A program made the translations under genes and the position numbers. A model generated the notes under the pieces. That model was not told the origin of the DNA. It did not search any database and worked only from the letters and a program-made list of their open reading frames with translations. Below, one piece after another: positions 9,654-18,045 of a stretch of DNA of 32,000 nucleotides (positions within the stretch are counted from its first letter, which is position 1; every line of letters begins with the position of its first letter). Origin of the DNA: Candidatus Iainarchaeum sp. (GTDB lineage: Archaea > Iainarchaeota > Iainarchaeia > Iainarchaeales > CSSED10-239); the NCBI GenBank assembly GCA_028700115.1, contig JAQVTI010000003.1:1-32000 (forward strand), given 5' to 3'.

Positions 9654-10928
9654 TTAATATTGCTTTGCTTTAACATCAATTACTACTCCTGCTGCAACTG
9701 TTTTACCCATATCTCTAATAGCAAGTCTACCCAATTGTGGGAAATCAGAATATTTTTCAACACATAATGGTTGAGTTGGTTTTATTTTAACAATTGCAGA
9801 ATCTCCAGCTTTTATAAACTTTGGATTTTCTTCCTTTGTACCACCATTCTTTGTATCTAATGTTCTTACAATTTCTGTAATTGTACAAGATATTTGAGCT
9901 GTGTGCATATGGAAAACTGGAGTGTATCCTGGTGTTATTGCAGATGGATGGAAAAGCACAATTATTTGAGCTGTAAATTCATCAGCAACTGTAGGAGTTT
10001 TACCAACATGACCTATAATAGATCCTCTTTTAATATCTCTTGGACCAATTTTTCTTAAATTAAAACCAATATTATCACCTGGTCTTGCTGCATCTAATTG
10101 TTCATGATGCATTTCAATAGATTTAACTTCTGTTTGAACATTTTCAGGCATGATTACAATTTTATCATTTGGTTTCATAATACCAGTAGAAACTTTTCCA
10201 ACAGGAACAGTACCAACACCTTTAATATTATAAACATCTTGAACAGGAAGTCTTAAATCTTTATTTTCTGCAGAAGCTGGAGCTGTAAATTTATCCATTG
10301 CATCTAATAAAGTTGGTCCATTATACCATGGTAACTTATCAGATTTTTTAGCAACATTATCACCCATCCATGCAGAAACAGGAATAATTTGTATTAAATC
10401 TTCTTTATAACCAGAACCTTTTAATAATTTTAAAACATCTAATTTAACTTCATCAAATCTTTTTTGATCATAACTTACTTCATCCATTTTATTAATAGCA
10501 ACAATTACTTGATTTATTCCTAAAACCTTTGCTAAGAATGAATGTTCTTTTGTTTGAGGCATAATACCTTCTTTTGCACCTACAAGTAAAACAGCAGCAT
10601 CTGCTTGAGAAGTTCCAGTAATCATATTTTTAATATAATCAGCGTGACCAGGGGCATCAATTACAGTAAAAAATTTAGTTTTTGTTTCAAACTTTTTATA
10701 ATTTACATCAATAGTTACTCCTCTTTCTCTTTCTTCTTTTAAAGTATCCATCATGTATGCAAAAGCAAATGTACCTTTACCTTTTTCTTGAGCAAGAGCT
10801 TCTAACTTTCTATATTCTTGCTCTGAAAGTGCATCTGAATCATACATTAATCTACCAACAAGAGTAGATTTACCTTGATCAATGTGCCCTATGAATATTA
10901 CGTTAATATGTGGCTTATCTGATGCCAT
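9654..10928 (-). CDS. tuf: Translation elongation factor 1-alpha (aEF-1A)
   Basis: GHIDQGKST (G1), DAPGH (G3) and NKMD (G4) are present, together with the EF-1A-specific block FAYMMDTLKEERERGVTID. I set the start at MASDKPH (10928) because the upstream in-frame ATGGAGGA supplies a GGAGG SD. Confidence 0.95.
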   Translation of the reverse strand: MASDKPHINVIFIGHIDQGKSTLVGRLMYDSDALSEQEYRKLEALAQEKGKGTFAFAYMMDTLKEERERGVTIDVNYKKFETKTKFFTVIDAPGHADYIKNMITGTSQADAAVLLVGAKEGIMPQTKEHSFLAKVLGINQVIVAINKMDEVSYDQKRFDEVKLDVLKLLKGSGYKEDLIQIIPVSAWMGDNVAKKSDKLPWYNGPTLLDAMDKFTAPASAENKDLRLPVQDVYNIKGVGTVPVGKVSTGIMKPNDKIVIMPENVQTEVKSIEMHHEQLDAARPGDNIGFNLRKIGPRDIKRGSIIGHVGKTPTVADEFTAQIIVLFHPSAITPGYTPVFHMHTAQISCTITEIVRTLDTKNGGTKEENPKFIKAGDSAIVKIKPTQPLCVEKYSDFPQLGRLAIRDMGKTVAAGVVIDVKAKQY

Positions 10929-10936
10929 ATTTAATT

Positions 10937-10941
10937 CCTCC
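10937..10941 (-). promoter_or_regulatory. Shine-Dalgarno GGAGG for tuf
   Basis: The minus strand reads GGAGG, then AATTAAAT, then ATG, giving an 8-nt spacer. Confidence 0.55.
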
Positions 10942-11167
10942 ATTTTTTAAAAATTTTATAGAAAAATAAAGTACTTGCACTAACTAAATAAAATATTAAT
11001 TTTGCAAGATATTATATATATAATAAAGAAACCAAACTATTTATAAATAGAATCCTATATAAACACAAAATAAAAAATAAAAATAAAATACTAAAAAAAT
11101 AAAGAATAAAAAGGTATTTAAATAAAAACATAATATATATTATTATAAAAATTAAAAAAAGATATAT

Positions 11168-12232
11168 ATGATTGTAGAAACTATTCAAATATTTGTAATA
11201 CTTGGAGTAATTATCATTTTTGGAAGTATAATTACATATATAAATATAAATAAAAAAACAAAAAAAGAAATAAATCAAGAACAATCAACTTGGAAAAAAA
11301 TAGACTTATTAAATAATAAAAAAAAAGAATTAGAAAAACAAAAAAAAGAAATATCTTATAAATTTTCTGCAAAAGCAATAGATTCAGAAGCATATTCAAA
11401 AGCAATAAAATATGTTACAGAAGAACTTGAAAAAATTGTAGAAAAAATAGATCAAGAAGTATCAAAATTAACCAAAATACAAAATAAAAATTTATCAGAA
11501 GAAGATGAACTTAGATTTAATAATATAAAAATAAAAGGAAATTTAAGCGAACTTGAAAATGAAAATAAAATATATAAAGAAAAAATTAATGAACTAGAAG
11601 GCTTTATTAAAAAAATATCTGAATCAGAAAATATAAATATTGATGAATCACAGAAAGCTAGAGAAAAATACATGATAAATGTTATAAATAAATATAAAGA
11701 AATAATTAATGAAAAAGAAAGAAAAACTATATCAGAAATGAAAAATAGAATAAACCCAACAGATATTAGTATTAAAAGTATTATAAATAAATTTAGCCCC
11801 ATAGGGTATAATTATGAAAAAGAATATCTAAAAACACTAAAAAAAATATATAATTATTTAAACTCAGAAATAGAAATTGTTGATAATAACTTAGGAATAT
11901 TGTTTTGGATAGATTTTTCAAAAATACTTACAGAAAAAATATGTGACCAACAAAATGCATCCGTATTACTTTGTTCAATAATGGATGGATTAAAAGATGA
12001 TTTTGCAACAATTGAAGTCGTATTATTAGATAATGAAAAAATACACACATTTGTAAAAACTAAATATAAAAATATGAATTATATATTTGACTTAACTCAA
12101 AAAGTACCATTTGATACATATAAAAATGAAGATGATAAAAAACTATTAGAAGAATATAAATTTAAAAAATATAAAATAATAAGAAGAATCTATTCATATA
12201 ATAAATATAATTACACAGATATACAAAATTAA
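11168..12232 (+). CDS. Membrane-anchored coiled-coil protein with possible transglutaminase-like (Cys-His-Asp) C-terminal domain
   Basis: An N-terminal TM helix (IQIFVILGVIIIFGSIITYI) is followed by ~170 aa of K/E-rich heptad-like sequence. The C-terminal segment KIC259DQQNASVLLCSIMDGL ... IH293TFVKTKYKNMNYIFD308LT has the spacing and flanks of the transglutaminase-like core (G.C..fA..., HaWvEv......W..fDpT). Confidence 0.6.
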   Translation: MIVETIQIFVILGVIIIFGSIITYININKKTKKEINQEQSTWKKIDLLNNKKKELEKQKKEISYKFSAKAIDSEAYSKAIKYVTEELEKIVEKIDQEVSKLTKIQNKNLSEEDELRFNNIKIKGNLSELENENKIYKEKINELEGFIKKISESENINIDESQKAREKYMINVINKYKEIINEKERKTISEMKNRINPTDISIKSIINKFSPIGYNYEKEYLKTLKKIYNYLNSEIEIVDNNLGILFWIDFSKILTEKICDQQNASVLLCSIMDGLKDDFATIEVVLLDNEKIHTFVKTKYKNMNYIFDLTQKVPFDTYKNEDDKKLLEEYKFKKYKIIRRIYSYNKYNYTDIQN

Positions 12233-12244
12233 AAAGGCTAATTT

Positions 12245-13282
12245 ATGGAATACGATTTAGAAGTTACAAGCACTGTTTTTAATTATATTATAAAAAATTT
12301 AAATTTAGAAATAAATTTAGGATATATAAATAATATACAAACTATTGCAGAAGATTTTTGGAGAATAAAAATACATAAAAAAACAACAAAAACATTATAT
12401 ATTAATCCAAAAGTTTGTTTTTTATCAGACTACAATGTAGAAATAATAGAAAATAAAGGGTTTGCAAAATATCTTAAAAAAAAATTAAATAATCAAAGAA
12501 TCAAACAAATATATCAAGATAAAAATAACAGAGTCGTTTGTTTTGAACTAGATCATTATAATTTAATATTTGAATTCTTTTCAAAATCTAATATAATTTT
12601 AACAGATAAAGACTTTAAAATAATTACATCAAAACAAAAAGAAGAATGGAAAGATAGAACAATTAAAAAATTTGAAACATATAAATTCCCCGAAGGACAA
12701 AAAATAGATGAAATTACAACTGAAGATATCTTAGATGATAAAAAACAAACTATAAAATATTTAAATAAAAAATACCAAATTGCCCCACATTATTTAGAAG
12801 AAATAATTAAAGAAAAGATAAATAAAAAAGAAATAATTAAAAAAATTAAAGAATTATATGAAATAGAAAATTCAAATATAGAAATTATTGAAAAAAATAA
12901 TAAAAAAATTGCAATAATTACTAAAGGAGAAAAAAAATTATATGAAAATATAGAAGAATATTTTTTAGAAAAAATTAAAAAAAATAAAACAATATCAAAA
13001 AATACAAAAATTGAAAAACTTGAAAAAATAATAAAAGAACAAGAAAAAAGTAAAATAAATTTTTTAGAAAAAATAAAAATATTGGAAAAAGAAGGCGAAA
13101 TAATATATTCAAATTACATATATATAGAAGAAATAAATAAAATTATAGAAAAAGCATTAAAACTAAAAATTACTGAAAAAGAAATTATAAAAAAAATAAA
13201 TACTTATTTTAAAGAAAAAAATAAAAATATAAAAATTATGAAAATAGATCAAAAAAAGAAAACATATATTATAAATATATAA
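12245..13282 (+). CDS. NFACT-N domain protein (truncated Rqc2/RqcH/FbpA-like)
   Basis: The first ~150 aa align in pattern to NFACT-N: GFAKYLKKKLNNQRIKQIYQDKNNRVVCFEL....LIFEFFSKSNIILTD......YKFP, against bacterial RqcH F..LRKHIEGG.I..I.Q.GLDRI..F.........EIMGRHSNIILTD......Y.LP. The remainder is K/E/I coiled coil, and the ORF ends at 345 aa. Confidence 0.65.
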   Translation: MEYDLEVTSTVFNYIIKNLNLEINLGYINNIQTIAEDFWRIKIHKKTTKTLYINPKVCFLSDYNVEIIENKGFAKYLKKKLNNQRIKQIYQDKNNRVVCFELDHYNLIFEFFSKSNIILTDKDFKIITSKQKEEWKDRTIKKFETYKFPEGQKIDEITTEDILDDKKQTIKYLNKKYQIAPHYLEEIIKEKINKKEIIKKIKELYEIENSNIEIIEKNNKKIAIITKGEKKLYENIEEYFLEKIKKNKTISKNTKIEKLEKIIKEQEKSKINFLEKIKILEKEGEIIYSNYIYIEEINKIIEKALKLKITEKEIIKKINTYFKEKNKNIKIMKIDQKKKTYIINI

Positions 13283-13318
13283 AATAAAATTAGATTGATT
13301 AGAAAATAAGGAAAATAA

Positions 13319-13579
13319 CTATTCCTTATTAACTTGATTTTCATCAACAATAAAAACATCGCTTACAGCTAAAACACTTTTATAAGGAACTTCAAGCATA
13401 TTTCCAGATAAACTTAATTTTTGGATAAATGCAGAAGCAGGATCTACTTCAACTAATATTGATTCTATTTCACCAGTTTGCTCATTAACCATTAAATCAA
13501 TTAATCTACCGATATTATCTCCTCTATTTGTAATTAATTTTTTAGTTGCTAATTGTCTTGCGATTGCGTATTTATACAT
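13319..13579 (-). CDS. PRC-barrel domain protein
   Basis: 86 aa. GDNIGRLIDLMVNEQTGEIESILVEV....LEVPYKSVLAVSDVFIV is the typical stand-alone archaeal PRC-barrel pattern. Confidence 0.7.
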   Translation of the reverse strand: MYKYAIARQLATKKLITNRGDNIGRLIDLMVNEQTGEIESILVEVDPASAFIQKLSLSGNMLEVPYKSVLAVSDVFIVDENQVNKE

Positions 13580-13763
13580 ACTAACTCCTCATTTATAATT
13601 TTTAATAAATATTATTTATTATTATGGTTACTAAATACATTTAAAAAGTAATCGGTTTAACAATCCAAAATTTATATAAAATTAAAGAAATAAACCAAAC
13701 TAAAATATATATAAATAATAAAGTTTATATATGTAATGCATAATAACTAATAATATAATTAAA

Positions 13764-14003
13764 ATGTTGATAAATATGTTAGAAATTAAAGAAAATAAAA
13801 AAATCAATAAAAAAATGTTAATTATTATAATAATTGTATTAATTATAGGATTTATTTTAGGACTTTTAGTAAGTAATAATATAGATTTAGACACTAGTTG
13901 TAAATCAGAAAAACAAGAAATAGATATATTAAATAAAGAAATTAATAGTTGTATAAATTCACTTAATAATTATGACACAATAAAAATAGAACAAGGTAAT
14001 TAG
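13764..14003 (+). CDS. Small single-pass membrane protein (hypothetical)
   Basis: 79-aa ORF on the A-rich strand with one clear TM (MLIIIIIVLIIGFILGLLVS), followed by a short helical tail with two Cys. The start is ambiguous (ATG at 13764, 13776 or 13815). No recognisable family. Confidence 0.35.
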   Translation: MLINMLEIKENKKINKKMLIIIIIVLIIGFILGLLVSNNIDLDTSCKSEKQEIDILNKEINSCINSLNNYDTIKIEQGN

Positions 14004-14021
14004 ATTATTACCTTTCCTTTT
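13993..14021. terminator. Hairpin plus T-run at a convergent gene junction
   Basis: AAGGTAAT-tagatt-ATTACCTT (8-bp stem, 13993-14014) spans the two overlapping stop codons of 13764..14003 (+) and 14000..15349 (-). It is followed on the plus strand by CCTTTCCTTTTTC. Confidence 0.3.
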
Positions 14022-15349
14022 TCTAAATAAAAATTTTTCTTAGAAATACTTTTTATGCCATTTGTAGTTTTATCCTTAAATCTAATTATATTTTTATCAC
14101 CATCAATTGAAACAACTTCACCTAAAAATAAACCATATTTAGAAAAAACTGGAAGACCTATTAATAAAGAAGTAACATCTGAAGAAATATCAAACATTTT
14201 TGTAAATCTACTTAATAGCAATAATAAAATTACAGAAAATAAAATTACAAAAATAAAATAAGTTAAAGTAATTTCATTAATAAAAAGTTGTAAAGAAAAA
14301 TCTAAAATAGAAGCAATAATTAAAATAGAAAATAAAGAAAAAATATTTTTTCCAAGTAAAAATACTTTTTTAAAATAAAATATATCTATAATTGAAGCTA
14401 TATTAAAAGTAATAAACCCTAATACAAAATACAAAATTACTGCTCTAAAAATAGAAATTAACCTATACAATAAATCTAAACTATCATTTAAAGCAAAAAG
14501 ATTAAAAACTTTAAAAATCCCAAAAATAATAAAAAACAAACTAGCTAAATAAAATGGAAAACTAATTCTTTGAAAAGAAAATTTAAACTTTAAATTATTA
14601 AATAAATTTAAAAAAAACTTATCTAATCTAAAACCTTTAATTAAAAAATAAAAACCAGCTAAAAAACCAATAATTTGAAGAGCATAACTTCTAACAAAAA
14701 CAAAAAGTAAAAAAATAATTGCAGGAATACCATATACTATTCTTGCAAAAAATGGATCTCTTAATGCTTTTTTAATTGTATAAAAAGTACTTTCTAAACT
14801 TCTAGATTGTCTTACAATAATTGTTTCTTTAGAAAGAATTGGAACATAATTTTGTAAAATAGGTAAAACAGCATCATCTTCAGCACCATCACTTATAAAA
14901 ATAATTCCTGTAGCTGGATAAACTTCTAAAACTTTTTTTAGTTGATTTACAATATTTTTATCAGAAAAAAACATATTTTCTTTTGAATGCCCTGTTAAAG
15001 TTACAATTTCAACATCAATCTTATTTTTTGAAAGCTCTCTATATTTTTTTAAAGCCCCAAAAATACAATTTGCATCAGAATCTTCTGGATCTGTGATTGC
15101 AAATTCAGTAACTACTTTTATATTTTTATTAAATCCAATTATTGGACCTTCAATATCAATTTTTTGACCAATATCATTATCTCTATCTACAGATACAATT
15201 AAAATTTTTTCCTCAGAAAAAGATTTATTTAAATTAAATATATCTTTAGAAATAAAATTATTTTTAGAATCAGAGAGAACTTTATTAGAATCTATTATAA
15301 TAGTTTTTTTTTTAGAATTTATAGATTTAGAAACTTTTTTAACAACCAT
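14000..15349 (-). CDS. DUF373-like integral membrane protein
   Basis: The N-terminal soluble alpha/beta region ILIVSVDRDNDIG...GPIIG....A..DPEDSDANCIFGALKKY...VEIVTLTG matches my memory of the archaeal DUF373 family. It is followed by ~7 TM helices. Extras are a 48-aa basic N-terminal extension and a ~50-aa C-terminal beta-rich tail (GLFLGEVVSIDGDKNIIRF...). Confidence 0.5.
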   Translation of the reverse strand: MVVKKVSKSINSKKKTIIIDSNKVLSDSKNNFISKDIFNLNKSFSEEKILIVSVDRDNDIGQKIDIEGPIIGFNKNIKVVTEFAITDPEDSDANCIFGALKKYRELSKNKIDVEIVTLTGHSKENMFFSDKNIVNQLKKVLEVYPATGIIFISDGAEDDAVLPILQNYVPILSKETIIVRQSRSLESTFYTIKKALRDPFFARIVYGIPAIIFLLFVFVRSYALQIIGFLAGFYFLIKGFRLDKFFLNLFNNLKFKFSFQRISFPFYLASLFFIIFGIFKVFNLFALNDSLDLLYRLISIFRAVILYFVLGFITFNIASIIDIFYFKKVFLLGKNIFSLFSILIIASILDFSLQLFINEITLTYFIFVILFSVILLLLLSRFTKMFDISSDVTSLLIGLPVFSKYGLFLGEVVSIDGDKNIIRFKDKTTNGIKSISKKNFYLEKGKVII

Positions 15350-15511
15350 AATTATTATCTCAAATATAAATATAATTTTTTAAAAATAAAAAACATATTT
15401 TATAAAATATATATTAACCCTTATATTTATATATTTAATTATTTTTAAAAAAATAGAAAGAAATAAAAATAAGTATAAGAACAATATATATAATGTAAAT
15501 GGAGAAATAAA

Positions 15512-16480
15512 ATGAATCCAGATAAAACTAAAAACTTTTTTTTTACAATATCAATAATTATAATTATTGCAATTATATTTTTAATAATATATTTTGGAAC
15601 AAAAATAGGAAATACAATATTATGGATATTATTAGTTATAGCAATAATATGGGGTTTATTTAAATTTAAAATAATATTAACCCTAAAAGATTATGAAAGA
15701 GCAGTAATATTTAGATTTGGAAAAGTAAATAGAGTAGGGGGTCCTGGATGGACATTTGTATTACCATTTATAGAAAAACCAAATATAGTTACACTAAGAG
15801 TAGAAACAATAGATATTCCCCCACAAAATGTACTTACAAAAGACAACATACAACTTAGAATAGATGGAGTGTTATTTATATCAGTAAAAGATTCTAAAGA
15901 AAGTGTAGTAAATTCAATTGTAAAAGTAGAAGACTATAGAAAAGCTGCAACAATGTATGTTATTGCAGTATTAAGAGATATTGTAGGAGAATTTGAATTA
16001 AAAGATGTAATTACAAACATAGAGCAAATAAATAATAAAATAAAAACATCATTAATAGAAATATCCTCAGAATGGGGTATAAAAGTTACATCTGTAGAAC
16101 TTACAGATATAAAAATTCCTGAAGATATACTTGCAGCAATGCATGAACAAAAAGCAGCAATTCAGAAAAAATTAGCAGTATATGAACTTGCAGAATCAGA
16201 AAAAGCAAAAATTTTAGCAGTAAAAGATGCTACAGACCAATTATCTGAAAAAACAGTAATTTATTATTATTTAAAAGCTCTTGAAAAAATGGCAGAAGGA
16301 CAAGCATCAAAAATTATATTTCCTATGGAACTTACAAATTTACTTGAAAAAGTAACAGACAATATAATTAATACAAAAACAAAAAAAATTATTCCAGAAA
16401 AAATAGAAAAAGGGTTAAATGAAAAACAATTACAAAAATATTTACCTCTTTTACAAAAATTTATACAAAATAAAAAATAA
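15512..16480 (+). CDS. SPFH/band-7 (stomatin-like) membrane protein
   Basis: Two N-terminal TM segments are followed by YERAVIFRFGKVNRVGGPGWTFVLPFIEKPNIVTLRVETIDIPPQNVLTKDNIQLRIDGVLF, a canonical stomatin/SPFH core, and an Ala/Glu-rich coiled coil. A GGAG SD lies 7 nt upstream. Confidence 0.88.
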   Translation: MNPDKTKNFFFTISIIIIIAIIFLIIYFGTKIGNTILWILLVIAIIWGLFKFKIILTLKDYERAVIFRFGKVNRVGGPGWTFVLPFIEKPNIVTLRVETIDIPPQNVLTKDNIQLRIDGVLFISVKDSKESVVNSIVKVEDYRKAATMYVIAVLRDIVGEFELKDVITNIEQINNKIKTSLIEISSEWGIKVTSVELTDIKIPEDILAAMHEQKAAIQKKLAVYELAESEKAKILAVKDATDQLSEKTVIYYYLKALEKMAEGQASKIIFPMELTNLLEKVTDNIINTKTKKIIPEKIEKGLNEKQLQKYLPLLQKFIQNKK

Positions 16481-16492
16481 ACTTTGAAAAAA

Positions 16493-17104
16493 TTATTTTA
16501 AAAAATTATTTAAAAATGCATTTTCAAAATACTTTAATCTTTTAAAATTAAGTTCCATTTTTGTATTTGCCTTAGAAACAATTAAATTAAGATAAAAATC
16601 ATCAACTAAAATTAAATTATCTTTCTTTACAGGAAGAGCCATAAATTGAGTATAAGTTACTTCAATTATAAATTTACCTTCATTAGAAGCGATAATTCCT
16701 GATTTTTTAAGACCAAATTGTTGACAAAAATCTAAAATCTCTTTAGCCTTAATATAATCTTTTGCACCAAAATGAAAAATAAAAGGTTCTGCTTTTAACC
16801 AAATTTCTCCAGAAGTGTCTTCATTTAATGCAGATTTAATTTCATCAAAAGTCACAACCCTATGAAATCTTTTATGAAAATGAGATACTTTCTTAGACTC
16901 ATTTTCATCAGTAGACAAAAGCATAATTCTTCCTGCACAACTACTAGATGTAAAAATATCTGGAATTTTTGTAATTTCTAAAAGAAAAGGTATGATTAAT
17001 AAATCTGCTTTATTTTCAGAAATTGCTTTTAAGAGAGTATTAGTATGATTTTTTTTAATCATATCATATTTTTGATCAATAGAATTTTTGGAAGTATTTT
17101 GCAT
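16493..17104 (-). CDS. taw3: tRNA wyosine-derivative methyltransferase Taw3 (TYW3 family)
   Basis: IPDIFTSSSCAGRIMLLS matches the TYW3 signature (y.TtSSCsGRi). The size is ~200 aa. The start could be the ATG at 17104 or the GTG at 17113. Confidence 0.7.
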   Translation of the reverse strand: MQNTSKNSIDQKYDMIKKNHTNTLLKAISENKADLLIIPFLLEITKIPDIFTSSSCAGRIMLLSTDENESKKVSHFHKRFHRVVTFDEIKSALNEDTSGEIWLKAEPFIFHFGAKDYIKAKEILDFCQQFGLKKSGIIASNEGKFIIEVTYTQFMALPVKKDNLILVDDFYLNLIVSKANTKMELNFKRLKYFENAFLNNFLK

Positions 17105-17223
17105 AATTATCACAAATTTATAAAATTTTTAAAAAAACTATATAATTAAAAAAATAAATAATTTTTTAAGTAGTATTATATGTAATATATATAAAAATAT
17201 ATTTAATAATAGATGTGAAAAAT

Positions 17224-18030
17224 ATGAAAATAAATAAAATAATATTAATTATTGGAATTATAATAATATTTAGTACAAATTTATTTGCACTAAAAATGTT
17301 AGAACCAGAATACACAGATATAAATGACTTTAAAGAAATAGATTTAGGTTATTTTTCACCAGATGAAAGCTTCCTTATAAGCTTTTTAATAGAAAATAAT
17401 GAAAATTATGATGATATAAAAATAATGGACTATCAAAAAAATGACTTTATAATAGAAAAAACAAACAACACTAAAGAAAGTATATTTACAACAATAAAAA
17501 TAAATAAAAAAATAGAAGGAGAATATATATTAAATGTGATATTATTCTCAAAAAATATGCAAAAAAATATACCACTAAAAATAAATATTACAAATAATGT
17601 AGTACACACACAAATAAATAAAATACAAAATAAAATAAAATATAACCAAATACAAGAAATAGAAATAACTGCATATAATAAATCAAATACAACAAAAAAA
17701 ATATCAATAACATCAAACCTACCAGATACATGGTTTAATAAAAACCAAAATAAATTAAAATATATGACTTTACAACCAAATAGTCAAACAAAAATAATTT
17801 ATGAATATAGCCCTAAAGAAATAGGTTTAAGAAAATTTGAATTAAAAATAAATAAAATATTTGAAGAAACAAAAGATGAAAATAAAATAATTACATACAA
17901 CTTAGAAATAGATGTATTAAAAAATCTATTTGGAATATATGGATCTAGAGATCACAGCTTACCTTTATTTAATTCAAATATAATCCCTGTATATTACTTT
18001 AATAAAATTATAAAAATATTTAAAAATTAA
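17224..18030 (+). CDS. Secreted beta-rich protein (CARDB/COG1361 S-layer-domain-like pattern), hypothetical
   Basis: Signal-like N-terminus MKINKIILIIGIIIIFSTNLFA. The later part, EIEITAYNKSNTTKKISITSNLPDTWF....MTLQPNSQTKIIYEYSPKEIG, has the alternating pattern of Ig-like envelope domains. The ATG at 17224 is preferred over the GTG at 17215 because GATGTGA lies just upstream. Confidence 0.45.
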   Translation: MKINKIILIIGIIIIFSTNLFALKMLEPEYTDINDFKEIDLGYFSPDESFLISFLIENNENYDDIKIMDYQKNDFIIEKTNNTKESIFTTIKINKKIEGEYILNVILFSKNMQKNIPLKINITNNVVHTQINKIQNKIKYNQIQEIEITAYNKSNTTKKISITSNLPDTWFNKNQNKLKYMTLQPNSQTKIIYEYSPKEIGLRKFELKINKIFEETKDENKIITYNLEIDVLKNLFGIYGSRDHSLPLFNSNIIPVYYFNKIIKIFKN

Positions 18031-18045
18031 AAACAAAGACTAAAC

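Noticed and set aside
10600-10660. EF-1alpha has DAPGHADYIKNMITG where archaeal and eukaryal EF-1A usually have GHRDF (ADY is the bacterial EF-Tu state).
   Set aside because: This is a residue-level variation in an otherwise clearly EF-1A-type protein (EF-1A-specific insertion FAYMMDTLKEERERG, length, rps10 neighbour). It is not evidence for a chimera or a distinct system.
15512-16480. SPFH/stomatin gene checked for the usual NfeD-type partner as a possible membrane-quality-control operon.
   Set aside because: Neither flank encodes an NfeD-like protein (DUF373-like gene divergent upstream, taw3 convergent downstream). The absence is unremarkable for a single window.
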